Assembly: GCF_051858985.1 (NCBI RefSeq)
Contig: NZ_JBHYGM010000003.1
Span: 161,645-225,644, forward strand
DNA length: 64,000 nucleotides
Reading direction: 5' to 3'
DNA from: Hydrogenophaga sp.
GTDB taxonomy: Bacteria > Pseudomonadota > Gammaproteobacteria > Burkholderiales > Burkholderiaceae_C
Notes under the pieces: generated by a model
What the model saw: only the letters and a program-made list of their open reading frames with translations
The model's database searches: none
What the model was told of the DNA's origin: nothing
Shown here: piece after piece, positions 19,210 through 28,987 of the stretch
Layout: every line of letters begins with the position of its first letter
Position numbering within the stretch: position 1 is the first letter of the stretch
Position numbers and translations under genes: made by a program

Positions 19210-20427
19210 ATGCAGTCCGACCGTCACGTTCAGGCCAACACCCCCGCCGCGCGCCAATCCCCCTGGCCACGCCGCGCGCTCTGGGTCGCCCTGCTGCTCG
19301 GCACAGGCTTCGCCGCTTGGTGGTTCCTCCTTCGCCCACCCGCTCCACCCCCAGCCACGCGCGGCCCTTGGGACATTCCCATCCCCGTGCGGGTGGAAAC
19401 GGCGCTGGTGGAGGACTTCACCGTGCAGGCCCGCGCCGTGGGCACGGTGTCGCCTTACAACACGGTCACGGTGCGCAGCCGGGTGGATGGTCAGTTGGCG
19501 CGCGTGCTGGTGCGCGAAGGGCAGAAGGTGACCAAGGGCCAGTTGCTGGCCGAGATCGATCCCGAGCCTTTGCGGGTGGCGCTCTCGCAGGCGCAGGGCC
19601 AGCAGCAGCAGAACCAGGCCCAGCTTCGCAATGCAGAGAGCGAGCTGGCGCGCTACGACATGCTCTTCAAGCGCGACGCGGTGGCGCGCCAGGTGCTGGA
19701 CAGGCAGGCCGCGCTGGTGCAGCAGCTGCGCGGCACGCTCAAGAGTGACCAGGCGCAGGTGGACAACGCGCAGTTGCAGCTCTCTTACACGCGCATCGTG
19801 GCGCCCATTGCCGGGCGTGTGGGCCTGCGCCGGGTGGACGCGGGCAACCTGATTTCGGCGAACGACGCCAATGGCTTGTTCACGTTGACGCAGACGCAGC
19901 CGGTGTCGGTGGTCTTCAATGTGCCCGAGCCGCTGGTGGCCGATGTGCGTGCCGCGCACGACGGCAAGACGCCGCCGCAGGCCGAAGCGTGGGACAGGGA
20001 CAACCGCGCCCGTCTGGCGCTGGGCCGGCTGGACACGCTGGACAACCAGATCGACGCGGCCACTGCCACCCTGCGGCTCAAGGCGCGCTTCGAGAATGCG
20101 GACGACGCGCTGTTTCCCAACCAGTTCGTGAACGTGCGGCTCTCGCTGCGGCAGTTGCCCGGCGCCATCACCATCCCCACCGACGCCGTGCAACACGGTT
20201 CGCGCGGGAGCTATGTGTATGTGATCGTGGAGGGCAAGGCCCGGGTGCGGGATTTGTCGCTGGGCCCGGCGAGCGGTGGGCGCACGGTGGTGACGAAGGG
20301 GCTGGCTGCCGGTGAGCCGGTGGTGCTGGAAGGGCTCGACAGGCTGGAGGACGGCCGCGCGGTGAACATCGTGCAGCAGGCGGGGCAGGTGCCGGTTGCT
20401 TCGCCGCTGGCGCCGGACGCGAAGTGA
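19210..20427 (+). CDS. mdtA: RND efflux membrane fusion protein, MdtA-like
   Basis: N-terminal membrane anchor, VTVRSRVDGQL, LSYTRIVAPIAGRVGLRRVDAGN, LFPNQFVNVRL. Confidence 0.9.
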   Translation: MQSDRHVQANTPAARQSPWPRRALWVALLLGTGFAAWWFLLRPPAPPPATRGPWDIPIPVRVETALVEDFTVQARAVGTVSPYNTVTVRSRVDGQLARVLVREGQKVTKGQLLAEIDPEPLRVALSQAQGQQQQNQAQLRNAESELARYDMLFKRDAVARQVLDRQAALVQQLRGTLKSDQAQVDNAQLQLSYTRIVAPIAGRVGLRRVDAGNLISANDANGLFTLTQTQPVSVVFNVPEPLVADVRAAHDGKTPPQAEAWDRDNRARLALGRLDTLDNQIDAATATLRLKARFENADDALFPNQFVNVRLSLRQLPGAITIPTDAVQHGSRGSYVYVIVEGKARVRDLSLGPASGGRTVVTKGLAAGEPVVLEGLDRLEDGRAVNIVQQAGQVPVASPLAPDAK

Positions 20428-20435
20428 AACACGTA

Positions 20436-20587
20436 CCGTTCGGGCTGAGCCTATTTCCGTTCGGGCTGAGTCCATCTCGCTTAGGGATGAGCCCATCTCC
20501 CTTAGGGCTTAGCCCATCTCCGTTCGGGCTGAGCTTGTGTCCGTTCGGGCTGAGCTCGTCTCCGTTCGGGCTGAGCTTGTCGAAGCC
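20436..20587 (+). repeat. Tandem array of 7 x 21-bp degenerate units (CCGTTCGGGCTGAGCnnnnnn) ending in a full REP-like arm CCGTTCGGGCTGAGCTTGTCGAAGCC
   Basis: Units start at 20436, 20457, 20478, 20499, 20520, 20541 and 20562. Confidence 0.93.
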
Positions 20588-20610
20588 TTTCCACGCCTGC
20601 ACCACCAGAC

Positions 20611-20737
20611 CCCTTCGACAAGCTCAGGGCGAACGGGAGCGTGGGCAGGCTCGGGCCCTTCGACAGGCTCAGGGCGAACGGGGGCGTGGGCAGGCTCGGG
20701 CCCTTCGACAAGCTCAGGGCGAACGGGGGCGTGGGGG
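20611..20737 (+). repeat. Three 45-bp tandem units, each with an inverted REP-like arm CCCTTCGACA(A/G)GCTCAGGGCGAACGG
   Basis: Units start at 20611, 20656 and 20701 (third truncated); arms are near reverse complements of the arm at 20562-20587. Confidence 0.93.
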
Positions 20738-20742
20738 CTGAC

Positions 20743-23700
20743 ATGTCTACCTCCGCCGCCGCACCGGTTTCCATCTCCCGGCCTTTCATCCTGCGGCCGG
20801 TGGCCACCTCGCTGCTGATGCTGGCGATGCTGATTGCCGGTTTGCTGGCCTGGCGGCAGTTGCCGGTGTCGGCTTTGCCGCAGGTGGATTACCCGGTCAT
20901 CCAGGTGTTCACCTTCCAGCCCGGCGCCAGCCCGGACGTGACCGCGCGCACCGTCACCGCGCCGCTGGAAAGGCGCTTGGGGCAGATTCCGGGGCTGGTG
21001 CAGATGTCGTCCACCAGCTCGGGCGGGGCGTCGGTCATCACCATGAAGTTCGCGCTGGAGGTGAACCTGGGCGTGGCCGAGCAGGACGTGCAGGCCGCGC
21101 TGCAAAGCGCCAACAGCCTGCTGCCTTCCGACCTGCCCGCGCCGCCGATCTACCGCAAGGTGAACCCGGCGGACGCGCCCATCCTCACGCTGGCCATCGG
21201 GTCTGAAACGCTGCCGCTGCCGCGCGTGGTGGACCTGGTGGACACGCGCATGGCGGGCCAGCTCTCGCGCCTGCAGGGCGTGGGCCTGGTGAGCCTGGCG
21301 GGTGGGCAGCGCCCGGCCATTCGGGTGCAGGCCAACAGCCGCGCGCTGGCCGCCAACGGGCTCACGCTGGAAGAGCTGCGCACGGCCATTGCCGCGGCCA
21401 ACAACAACCAGCCCAAGGGCAGTTTTGATGGCGCGTTGCGCAGCACCATGCTGGACGCCAACGACCAGCTCCGCTCCGCCGCCGAATACCAGCGGCTCAT
21501 CGTGGCCTGGCGCAACGGCGCGCCGCTGCGCCTGGCCGACGTGGCGCAGGTGGAAGAGGGCGCGGAAGACCGCTTTCTGGCCGCCTGGGCCGGCATGGCC
21601 TGCGCCGAGGGGCAGACCGATGGCTGTGGTCTCGCACCGGCGGTGCTGCTCAACATCCAGCGCCAGCCGGGCGCGAATGTGATCGCCGTGGCCGACCAGG
21701 TGCGCGCGCTGCTGCCGCAGCTCACGGCCACGCTGCCAGCCACCGTCAAGGTGCAGGTGGTTTCAGACCGCACCGAGAGCATCCGCGCTTCCGTGCGTGA
21801 TGTGCAGAAAGAACTGCTGTTCGCCATTGCGCTGGTGGTGCTGGTCACCTTCGTGTTTCTGCGCACGCTGCCGGCCACGCTCATTCCCAGTGTGGCGGTG
21901 CCGCTCTCGCTCATTGGCACCTTCGCGGCCATGTATTTGCTCGGCTACTCGCTCAACAACCTGAGCCTGATGGCGCTCACCATCGCCACCGGTTTCGTGG
22001 TGGACGACGCCATCGTCATGCTGGAAAACATTGCCCGCCACCGCGAAGACGGCGCCGCGCCGATGGAGGCCGCGCTCAAGGGCGCGAGCGAGATCGGCTT
22101 CACGCTCATCTCGCTCACGGTCTCGCTGGTGGCGGTGCTGATTCCGCTGCTCTTCATGGCCGACGTGGTGGGCCGCCTGTTCCACGAATTCGCGGTCACG
22201 CTGGCGGTGGCCATCGGCATCTCGCTGGTGGTGTCGCTCACGCTCACGCCCATGATGGCGGCGCGCATGCTCAAGCGCGCACCCACGCACGACGGCGGGC
22301 GCGACTGGCTGAGCGGCACCATCGAACGCTACGGCCGCGGGCTGGACTGGGTGCTGGCGCGCCAGCCGCTGGCGCTGCTGGTGATGGCCGCCACGCTGCT
22401 GCTCACGGCGCTGCTGTATTTGTGGGTGCCCAAAGGCTTTTTCCCTGTGCAGGACGCGGGTTCCATCCAGGTGGTCACCGAAGCGCCGCAGAGCGTGTCG
22501 TTCGGCGCCATGGCCGAACGCCAGCAGGCGCTGGCCGAGGCGCTGCTGAAAGAGGCACCCGTGCAAAGCGTGTCGTCGTTCATCGGCGTGGACGGCAGCA
22601 ACGCCACGCTCAACAGCGGGCGCATGCAGCTCACGCTGGCGCCGCACGCCGACCGCTCGGTGTCGGCCAGCGAGCTGATTGAACGCCTGCGCGAACGCGC
22701 GCGCGGCATCAGCGGCATCGAAGCGTGGTTCCAGCCGGTGCAGGAGCTGGGCATGGAAGACCGCATCAGCCGCACGCAATACCAGTTCACGCTCAGCTCG
22801 CCCGACCGCACGGTGCTGGCCGAATGGACCGGCCGCATGCAGCAGGCGCTGGCCGAGCGCCCGGAGCTGGCGGACGTGGCCAGCAACCTGCAGCGCGAAG
22901 GCCTGCAGGCTTTCCTGGAGATCGACCGCGACGCCGCCGCGCGCCTGGGCCTGCGCATGAGCGACATTGCTTCTGCCCTGCAGAGCGCGTTTGGCCAGCG
23001 GCAGGTGAGCACGCTGTTCACGCACGCCAGCCAGTACCGCGTGGTGCTGGAGACCGACGACGCGAAGCAGGGCGGGCTGCAGGCGCTGGAAGGCGTGTTC
23101 GTGAAGCCGGCCACGGGTGGAGCCAGCGCAGTGCCGGTGCCGCTCTCGGCCGTGGCGCGCGCGGTGGAGCGGCGCGCGCCGCTGGCCATCGACCACCAGG
23201 GCCAGTTCCCGGCGGTCACGCTGTCGTTCAACCTCGCGCCCGGCCATTCGCTGGGCGAGGCGGTGGCGGCCATTGAGGAAGTCCAGGTGCAGGTGGCGCT
23301 GCCGGCCTCGGTGGAGCTCGCGTTCCAGGGCGCTGCCGAAGGCTTCCGCAACTCGCTGGCCAACACGCTGTGGCTGGTGCTGGCGGCGGTGGTGGTGATG
23401 TACCTGGTGTTGGGCATGCTGTACGAGAGCGCGGTCCACCCGCTCACCATTCTGTCCACGCTGCCGTCGGCCACGGTGGGCGCGCTGGCCGCGCTGCTGC
23501 TGGCGGGGCGGCCGCTCGATCTGATCGCCATCATCGGCATCGTGCTGCTGATCGGGCTGGTGAAGAAGAACGGCATCATGATGGTGGACTTCGCGCTCGA
23601 CGCGCAGCGCCGCCTCGGCATGACGCCGCGCGAAGCCATCCACCGAGCGGCGCTGCTGCGCTTTCGCCCCATCCTCATGACGACGCTGGCCGCGCTGTTC

Positions 23701-23877
23701 GGTGCCGTGCCGCTCATGCTGGCCAGCGGCTCCGGGGCCGAGCTGCGCCAGCCGCTGGGCATCGTCATAGTGGGTGGGCTCATCGTCAGCCAGGTGTTGA
23801 CGCTGTTCACCACGCCGGTGGTGTATCTGGCGTTTGATCGGCTGACGCGGCGGCGCAAACCGGCGGCGGCGCCATGA
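20743..23877 (+). CDS. mdtB: RND efflux permease, MdtB-like
   Basis: [64 protein letters not shown] at 20743; the ORF track's upstream extension is REP-derived. Confidence 0.92.
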   Translation: MSTSAAAPVSISRPFILRPVATSLLMLAMLIAGLLAWRQLPVSALPQVDYPVIQVFTFQPGASPDVTARTVTAPLERRLGQIPGLVQMSSTSSGGASVITMKFALEVNLGVAEQDVQAALQSANSLLPSDLPAPPIYRKVNPADAPILTLAIGSETLPLPRVVDLVDTRMAGQLSRLQGVGLVSLAGGQRPAIRVQANSRALAANGLTLEELRTAIAAANNNQPKGSFDGALRSTMLDANDQLRSAAEYQRLIVAWRNGAPLRLADVAQVEEGAEDRFLAAWAGMACAEGQTDGCGLAPAVLLNIQRQPGANVIAVADQVRALLPQLTATLPATVKVQVVSDRTESIRASVRDVQKELLFAIALVVLVTFVFLRTLPATLIPSVAVPLSLIGTFAAMYLLGYSLNNLSLMALTIATGFVVDDAIVMLENIARHREDGAAPMEAALKGASEIGFTLISLTVSLVAVLIPLLFMADVVGRLFHEFAVTLAVAIGISLVVSLTLTPMMAARMLKRAPTHDGGRDWLSGTIERYGRGLDWVLARQPLALLVMAATLLLTALLYLWVPKGFFPVQDAGSIQVVTEAPQSVSFGAMAERQQALAEALLKEAPVQSVSSFIGVDGSNATLNSGRMQLTLAPHADRSVSASELIERLRERARGISGIEAWFQPVQELGMEDRISRTQYQFTLSSPDRTVLAEWTGRMQQALAERPELADVASNLQREGLQAFLEIDRDAAARLGLRMSDIASALQSAFGQRQVSTLFTHASQYRVVLETDDAKQGGLQALEGVFVKPATGGASAVPVPLSAVARAVERRAPLAIDHQGQFPAVTLSFNLAPGHSLGEAVAAIEEVQVQVALPASVELAFQGAAEGFRNSLANTLWLVLAAVVVMYLVLGMLYESAVHPLTILSTLPSATVGALAALLLAGRPLDLIAIIGIVLLIGLVKKNGIMMVDFALDAQRRLGMTPREAIHRAALLRFRPILMTTLAALFGAVPLMLASGSGAELRQPLGIVIVGGLIVSQVLTLFTTPVVYLAFDRLTRRRKPAAAP

Positions 23878-26800
23878 ACACGCTCGCCCGCTTCTTCATT
23901 CGCCGCCCGGTGGCCAGTTGCATGCTCGCCATCAGCATCGTGCTCGCCGGCTTGCTGGCGCTGCGCATGCTCCCTGTGTCGCCGCTGCCGCGCGTGGACT
24001 TCCCGGTGATCTCTGTGCGGGCCAGCCTGCCCGGCGCCAGCCCGGAGAGCATGGCCTCCACCGTGGCCGCGCCGCTCGAACGCGCGCTGGGCAGCATCGC
24101 GGGGGTGATCAGTATCCGCTCCAGCAGCAACCAGGGCAGCACCAGCGTGACGCTGAACTTCGACCTGGACCGCGACATCGACGAGGCCGCGCGCGAGGTG
24201 CAGGCCGCCATCAACGCCTCGCGCGGGCAACTGCCCTCGGGCATGACGGGCAACCCCACGTTCTTCAAGATCAACCCCTCGCAGGCGCCCATCATGGCGC
24301 TGGCGCTGTCGTCGCCCCGGCTGCCGCCTTCGGCGCTGTACGACAACGCCTCCACCGTCATCGCGCAGAAGCTGGCGCAGATCGTGGGCGTGGGCGAGGT
24401 GTCGGTGGAAGGCTCGTCGCTGCCGGCGGTGCGCGTGCAGGCGCGGCCCGATGCGCTGGCGCACCAGGGCATGTCGCTGGACGACGTGCGCCGCGCCATT
24501 GCGGACGCCAACGCCTGGCGCCCGCTGGGCCAGGTGGAGCAGGACGCGCAGCGCTGGCAGATTGCGCTGCCCGAGCCGCTGCGCACCGCGGCCGACTTTG
24601 CGCCGCTGGTGGTGCGCAACCAGAACGGCGCGCTGGTGCGCCTGTCCGACGTGGCCGAGGTCACCGACTCTGTAGAGAACCGCTTCACCAGCGGTTACCA
24701 CAACGACCAGCCCGCCGTGCTGCTCATGATCAGCCGGCGCGCAGACGCCAACATCGTGCAGACGATCGACGCGATCCACGCGCAGTTGCCGCAGTTGCGC
24801 GCGCTGCTGCCGGCCGACGCGCAACTCAGCGCGGTGATCGACCGCTCCCCGGGCATCCGCGCCACGCTGCGTGAAGCGCGCTTCACGCTGGTGCTCTCGG
24901 GCGTGCTGGTGCTGGTGGTGGTGTGGGGTTTCCTGGGCAGCCTGCGCACCGCGCTCATTCCGGCGCTGGCGCTGCCGGTGGCGCTCATCGGCGCCTTTGC
25001 GGTGATGTGGTGGCAGGGCTTCTCGCTCAACAACCTCTCGCTCATGGCGCTCATCGTGGCCGCCGGGCTGGTGGTGGACGACGCCATCGTGGTGATGGAG
25101 AACATCCAGCGCCACATCGAACGCGCCCGCGCCGCGCAGGCCGCGGCGGGGCAGAAGGAAGTGGGGCGGCGCACCGTGTGGCGCGCGGCCATGCAGGGCG
25201 CGGGCGAAGTCGGTTTCACGCTGCTGGCCATGAACCTCGCGCTCATCGTGGTGTTTCTCTCCATCCTGTTCATGGGCGGCGTGGTGGAGCGGCTGTTCCG
25301 CGAGTTCTCCATCACGCTGGTGGCCGCCATGCTGATCTCGCTGGCGGTGTCGGTCACGCTCACGCCCGCGCTGTGCGCCCACGGCCTGCCCGCCGGCCCG
25401 CGCACGCGCGCGCCCGGTCCGGTGGCGGGCTTCATCGCCAGCCTGCTGGCCGACGTGCAGTCGGGCTACGCGCGCAGCCTGGGGTTTGCGCTGCGCCACC
25501 GCGTGTTCACCCTGCTGCTGCTGGCGGGCACGGTGGCGCTGAACGTGTGGCTGTACGTGGCCATTCCCAAAGGCATGCTGCCGCAGCAGGACACCGGCCA
25601 GCTCGGCGCCTTCGTGCGCGGCGACGACGGCTTTTCTTTCCAGGGCATGAAGCCCAAGTCCGACGCCTACCGGCGCATCCTGATGGCCGACCCGGCGGTG
25701 GCCGACGTGGCGGGCTCCAGCGGCGGGCGCCACGGCATCAGCAATTCGTGGTTTCGCGTGCGCCTGAAACCGCTGGCCGAACGCGGCGAGTCGGCGCAGG
25801 CGGTGGTGGCGCGGCTGCGGGCCACGGCGCCGCCCATGCCCGGCGGCGTGCTCTACATGTCGGTCGACCAGGACATCCGCCTCTCCAGCGGCGGCGGCGA
25901 AGGCGAATACCTGTTCGTGATGCGCTCCGATTCCCTGGCCGACCTGCGCGCCTTCACCAAACCCGTGGGCGAGGCGTTGCGCGCGTTGCCCGAGCTGCGC
26001 GACGTGGACTTTGGCGCCGGCGAGGACGCGCAGCAGGTGGTGCTGAACGTGGACCGCGAGGCCGCGCGCCGCCTGGGCGTGCGCATGGACACCGTGACGA
26101 CCGCGCTGAACAACGCGTATTCGCAGCGGCAGGTGGCCACGCTGTACGACCCGCTGAACCAGTACCGCGTGGTGATGGAAGCCGATCCGCGCGGCAACAG
26201 CGAACCCACGTCGCTGGAGAAGGTGGACCTGCAGAACGACGCCGGCCAGCGCGTGCCGCTCTCGGCCATCGCCACCTGGAGCTACGGCCTCACGCGCGAC
26301 CGCGTGCAGCACGACGCGCAGTTCGCGTCCGCCGGCATCAGCTATGCGGTGGCGCCGGGCGTGAGCCTGCAGCAGGCGCAGCAGGCCATCGACCGCGCCG
26401 TGGGCAGCCTGCTGCTGCCCACCAGCATTTCCACCGGCGAGCGCAGCGGCGACCCGAGCAGCCTGCGCGCCACGCTCCAGCGCCAGCCCTGGCTGCTGCT
26501 GGCCGTGCTGGCCACGGTGTACCTGGTGCTGGGCATGCTGTACGAGAGCCTGCTGCACCCGCTCACCATCCTGTCCACGCTGCCTTCGGCCGGCGTGGGC
26601 GCGTTGCTGGCGCTGCGCATCTCCGACACCGAGTTCAGCCTGATTGCGCTGCTGGGCCTGTTCCTGCTGATCGGCGTGGTGATGAAGAACGCCATCCTGA
26701 TGATCGACTTCGCGCTGGCCGCGCAGCGCACGCGCGCTCTGGCGCCGCAGGAGGCGATTCACGAAGCCGCGCTGCGCCGGCTGCGCCCCATCCTCATGAC

Positions 26801-27014
26801 CAATCTGGCAGCGCTGCTGGGCGCGGTGCCGCTGGCGCTGGGCCTGGGAGAAGGCGCCGAACTGCGTCGCCCGCTCGGCATCGCCATCATCGGCGGCCTG
26901 GCCGTGAGCCAGCTGCTCACGCTCTACACCACGCCGGTGGTTTATCTTGCGCTGGAGCGCCTGCGCCGCCGCGTGTGGCGCGAACCCTCGCCCCTGGCCA
27001 CCCGCACCGCCTGA
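23874..27014 (+). CDS. mdtC: RND efflux permease, MdtC-like
   Basis: [52 protein letters not shown]; ATGA overlap with mdtB. Confidence 0.92.
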   Translation: MNTLARFFIRRPVASCMLAISIVLAGLLALRMLPVSPLPRVDFPVISVRASLPGASPESMASTVAAPLERALGSIAGVISIRSSSNQGSTSVTLNFDLDRDIDEAAREVQAAINASRGQLPSGMTGNPTFFKINPSQAPIMALALSSPRLPPSALYDNASTVIAQKLAQIVGVGEVSVEGSSLPAVRVQARPDALAHQGMSLDDVRRAIADANAWRPLGQVEQDAQRWQIALPEPLRTAADFAPLVVRNQNGALVRLSDVAEVTDSVENRFTSGYHNDQPAVLLMISRRADANIVQTIDAIHAQLPQLRALLPADAQLSAVIDRSPGIRATLREARFTLVLSGVLVLVVVWGFLGSLRTALIPALALPVALIGAFAVMWWQGFSLNNLSLMALIVAAGLVVDDAIVVMENIQRHIERARAAQAAAGQKEVGRRTVWRAAMQGAGEVGFTLLAMNLALIVVFLSILFMGGVVERLFREFSITLVAAMLISLAVSVTLTPALCAHGLPAGPRTRAPGPVAGFIASLLADVQSGYARSLGFALRHRVFTLLLLAGTVALNVWLYVAIPKGMLPQQDTGQLGAFVRGDDGFSFQGMKPKSDAYRRILMADPAVADVAGSSGGRHGISNSWFRVRLKPLAERGESAQAVVARLRATAPPMPGGVLYMSVDQDIRLSSGGGEGEYLFVMRSDSLADLRAFTKPVGEALRALPELRDVDFGAGEDAQQVVLNVDREAARRLGVRMDTVTTALNNAYSQRQVATLYDPLNQYRVVMEADPRGNSEPTSLEKVDLQNDAGQRVPLSAIATWSYGLTRDRVQHDAQFASAGISYAVAPGVSLQQAQQAIDRAVGSLLLPTSISTGERSGDPSSLRATLQRQPWLLLAVLATVYLVLGMLYESLLHPLTILSTLPSAGVGALLALRISDTEFSLIALLGLFLLIGVVMKNAILMIDFALAAQRTRALAPQEAIHEAALRRLRPILMTNLAALLGAVPLALGLGEGAELRRPLGIAIIGGLAVSQLLTLYTTPVVYLALERLRRRVWREPSPLATRTA

Positions 27015-27018
27015 ACCC

Positions 27019-28443
27019 ATGTTGCTACGGATGTCCTTGCCCTCCTTTCGTCTGGCGCCTGCTGCGCTGGCGGCGCTGCTTGCGGCCTGCGCCTCGGTGG
27101 ACGAACACCGCGCGCCCGACATGGCCTTGCCCACGGAGTTCCTCTACGCCTCGCCGCGCGTGGACGCCACAGCACCCACCGCCGCCATCGATGCCGCGTG
27201 GTGGCGCGTGTACGGCGACGCTGAGCTCAGCCGGCTGTTGCAACGCGTGGGCGAGGCGAATGCCGAAATCGCCCAGGCCGAGGCGCGCTGGCGCCAGGCG
27301 ATGGCGCAGGTGGACGCTGCCCGCGCGCTCGCGTTTCCGCAGGTGGGCGTGGGCGCATCCATCACGCGCAGTGGCGGCAACGCCGCTGCCGTGGGCACGG
27401 GCGCGCGGCAGATCTACGCCGCGGGCGCGGATGTGTCCTGGGCGCCCGACCTCTGGGGCCGGGTGGGGCGCACGCGCGACGCCGCCGAGGCGGACGCGGC
27501 GGCGCTGGCCGCCCTGCGCGATGCAGCGCGCCTGGCCCTGCAGCTCGCTGCCGCGCAGGGCTATGTGCGCATGCGCGCGCTGGATGCCACGCTGGCGCTG
27601 CAGGCGCAGGCCGACGTGGCCTACGCGCGTTCGCTGCAGGTGACGCAGCTGCAATACGACGCCGGTCTGGTGGCGCGCGCCGATGTGATCCAGGCGGAGA
27701 CGCAACTGCAGTCGCTGCGCACGCAGGTGTTCACGCTGCAGCGGCAGCGTTCGCTGGAGGCCAACGCGCTGGCGCTGCTGGCCGGCTCCACGCCGGCCGA
27801 GTTCCCGCTGTTGCCGATCGATGCCGCCTTGCCCGCCGTGCCGCCGGTGCCGGCCGCTCTGCCCGGCGAGCTGCTGCGCCGCCGGCCGGATCTTGCCGCT
27901 GCCGAACGCCAGCTCGCCGCCGCACACGCCCGGCTGGGCGTGGCGCAAACCGCCTGGCTGCCCGACTTCACGCTCTCGGCCAGCGGCACGCTGCAGGCCA
28001 GCAGCCTCGCGCGGCTGCTGGATGCGCCCGCGCGCGTGTGGTCGCTCGGCCCGCAGATCGCGGCCACCCTGTTCGACGGCGGCGCGCGCCGTGCCAACGA
28101 AGTGGCGTTCACCGCCGCGTACGACGAGCAGGCAGCCGCCTGGCGCGGCAGCGTGCTCTCGGCGGTGCGCGAAACCGAGGACGCGCTGGTGCAGGTGTCG
28201 ACCCTGGCCGAGCAGGAGCGGCAACAACAGCGGCTGGTGGAACTCGCCACCGAAAACGAACGCGTGGTGGGCTTTCGCTACGAGGCCGGCGAGATCAGTT
28301 TCCTGGAAGTGGCCACCGCGCAGAACCTGGCACTGTCGGCCCGCCGCGCGGCCATCGACGTGCGGGCGGAGCGTCTGGCGGCCAGCATGGCGCTGGTGGC
28401 TGCACTCGGTGGTGGGTGGCAGCCGCCCGCGTCAGCGCGATGA
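27019..28443 (+). CDS. RND outer-membrane factor lipoprotein (NodT/OprM/TolC family)
   Basis: Lipobox LLAAC, SWAPDLWGRV, LLRRRPDLAAAERQL, ALVAALGGGW; start 27019 or 27031. Confidence 0.9.
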   Translation: MLLRMSLPSFRLAPAALAALLAACASVDEHRAPDMALPTEFLYASPRVDATAPTAAIDAAWWRVYGDAELSRLLQRVGEANAEIAQAEARWRQAMAQVDAARALAFPQVGVGASITRSGGNAAAVGTGARQIYAAGADVSWAPDLWGRVGRTRDAAEADAAALAALRDAARLALQLAAAQGYVRMRALDATLALQAQADVAYARSLQVTQLQYDAGLVARADVIQAETQLQSLRTQVFTLQRQRSLEANALALLAGSTPAEFPLLPIDAALPAVPPVPAALPGELLRRRPDLAAAERQLAAAHARLGVAQTAWLPDFTLSASGTLQASSLARLLDAPARVWSLGPQIAATLFDGGARRANEVAFTAAYDEQAAAWRGSVLSAVRETEDALVQVSTLAEQERQQQRLVELATENERVVGFRYEAGEISFLEVATAQNLALSARRAAIDVRAERLAASMALVAALGGGWQPPASAR

Positions 28444-28839
28444 GGCACGGGGCCTGACCCACCACCACGCCAGCGCCACCAGCGCGGCGAACGCGGTGTA
28501 GGCCGCCACGAACACCCACCAGGGCGCCTCCCAGTACAGCAGTCGAGACAGCCAGTGCTCGATGAAGCTCTCCTGGTAGCTGCCCTGCCCGGCCATGCGC
28601 CGCAGGTCCTGCTCCCACACCGTGAGCGGACACAACTGACCGAGCCAGGCCTGCACCGCAATGAAGCCCATCAAACCCAGGTGCGTCAGCCGCAAACCGA
28701 AATGCCGCACCCAGCGCCAACCCAGCGCGCCGCCCAGCAGCACCAGCGGCAGCAGCCCGACCACGAACACGACGATGCCCACGTGCAACGCCAGGATGGC
28801 GTCGGCGAGGAGGGTGGCGGTGGTGGGGGAGAGCGTCAT
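28432..28839 (-). CDS. DUF2784-like membrane protein
   Basis: LADAILALH, WRWVR...RLTHL, CPLTVWE..LR, SFIEHWLSRLLY pattern. Confidence 0.8.
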   Translation of the reverse strand: MTLSPTTATLLADAILALHVGIVVFVVGLLPLVLLGGALGWRWVRHFGLRLTHLGLMGFIAVQAWLGQLCPLTVWEQDLRRMAGQGSYQESFIEHWLSRLLYWEAPWWVFVAAYTAFAALVALAWWWVRPRASSR

Positions 28840-28908
28840 TGAGGTCGTGTCGCAGAAAACCGATTCTGGCGACACGTGGTGCGCTTGTGTCGCTGGCGGC
28901 GACACAAG

Positions 28909-28982
28909 TATCTGCTCAAAGCATCGAATATTCGCTCAAATTTGTTAATATGCAGTCATTATGAGCAGATATTGAGCTGATA
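28909..28982. promoter_or_regulatory. Four-box operator-like array upstream of the Fic gene
   Basis: TATCTGCTCA (28909), TATTCGCTCA (28929), inverted TGAGCAGATA (28962) and TGAGCTGATA (28973); ATG at 28988. Confidence 0.6.
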
Positions 28983-28987
28983 CCAGC

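Noticed and set aside
20436-20737. CRISPR array interpretation of the 21-bp and 45-bp repeats
   Set aside because: Units are contiguous or joined by near-identical linkers with no unique spacers, no cas genes are present, and the same arm occurs as a REP doublet at 56243.
22329-27134. Very long antisense or alternate-frame ORFs (1601 aa here; also 1912-4212, 41221-43935, 24923-27643, 31636-33579 and others)
   Set aside because: They shadow well-supported genes on the opposite strand or frame, have Arg/Ala/Gly-rich non-family sequence, and are expected from stop-codon scarcity in high-GC DNA.
28940-28972. dif/pdif-like Xer site upstream of the Fic gene
   Set aside because: The minus strand gives a passable XerC-like arm (TCTGCTCATAA), but the XerD arm (CATATTAACAA) does not match TTATGTTAAAT; better explained as part of the operator array.
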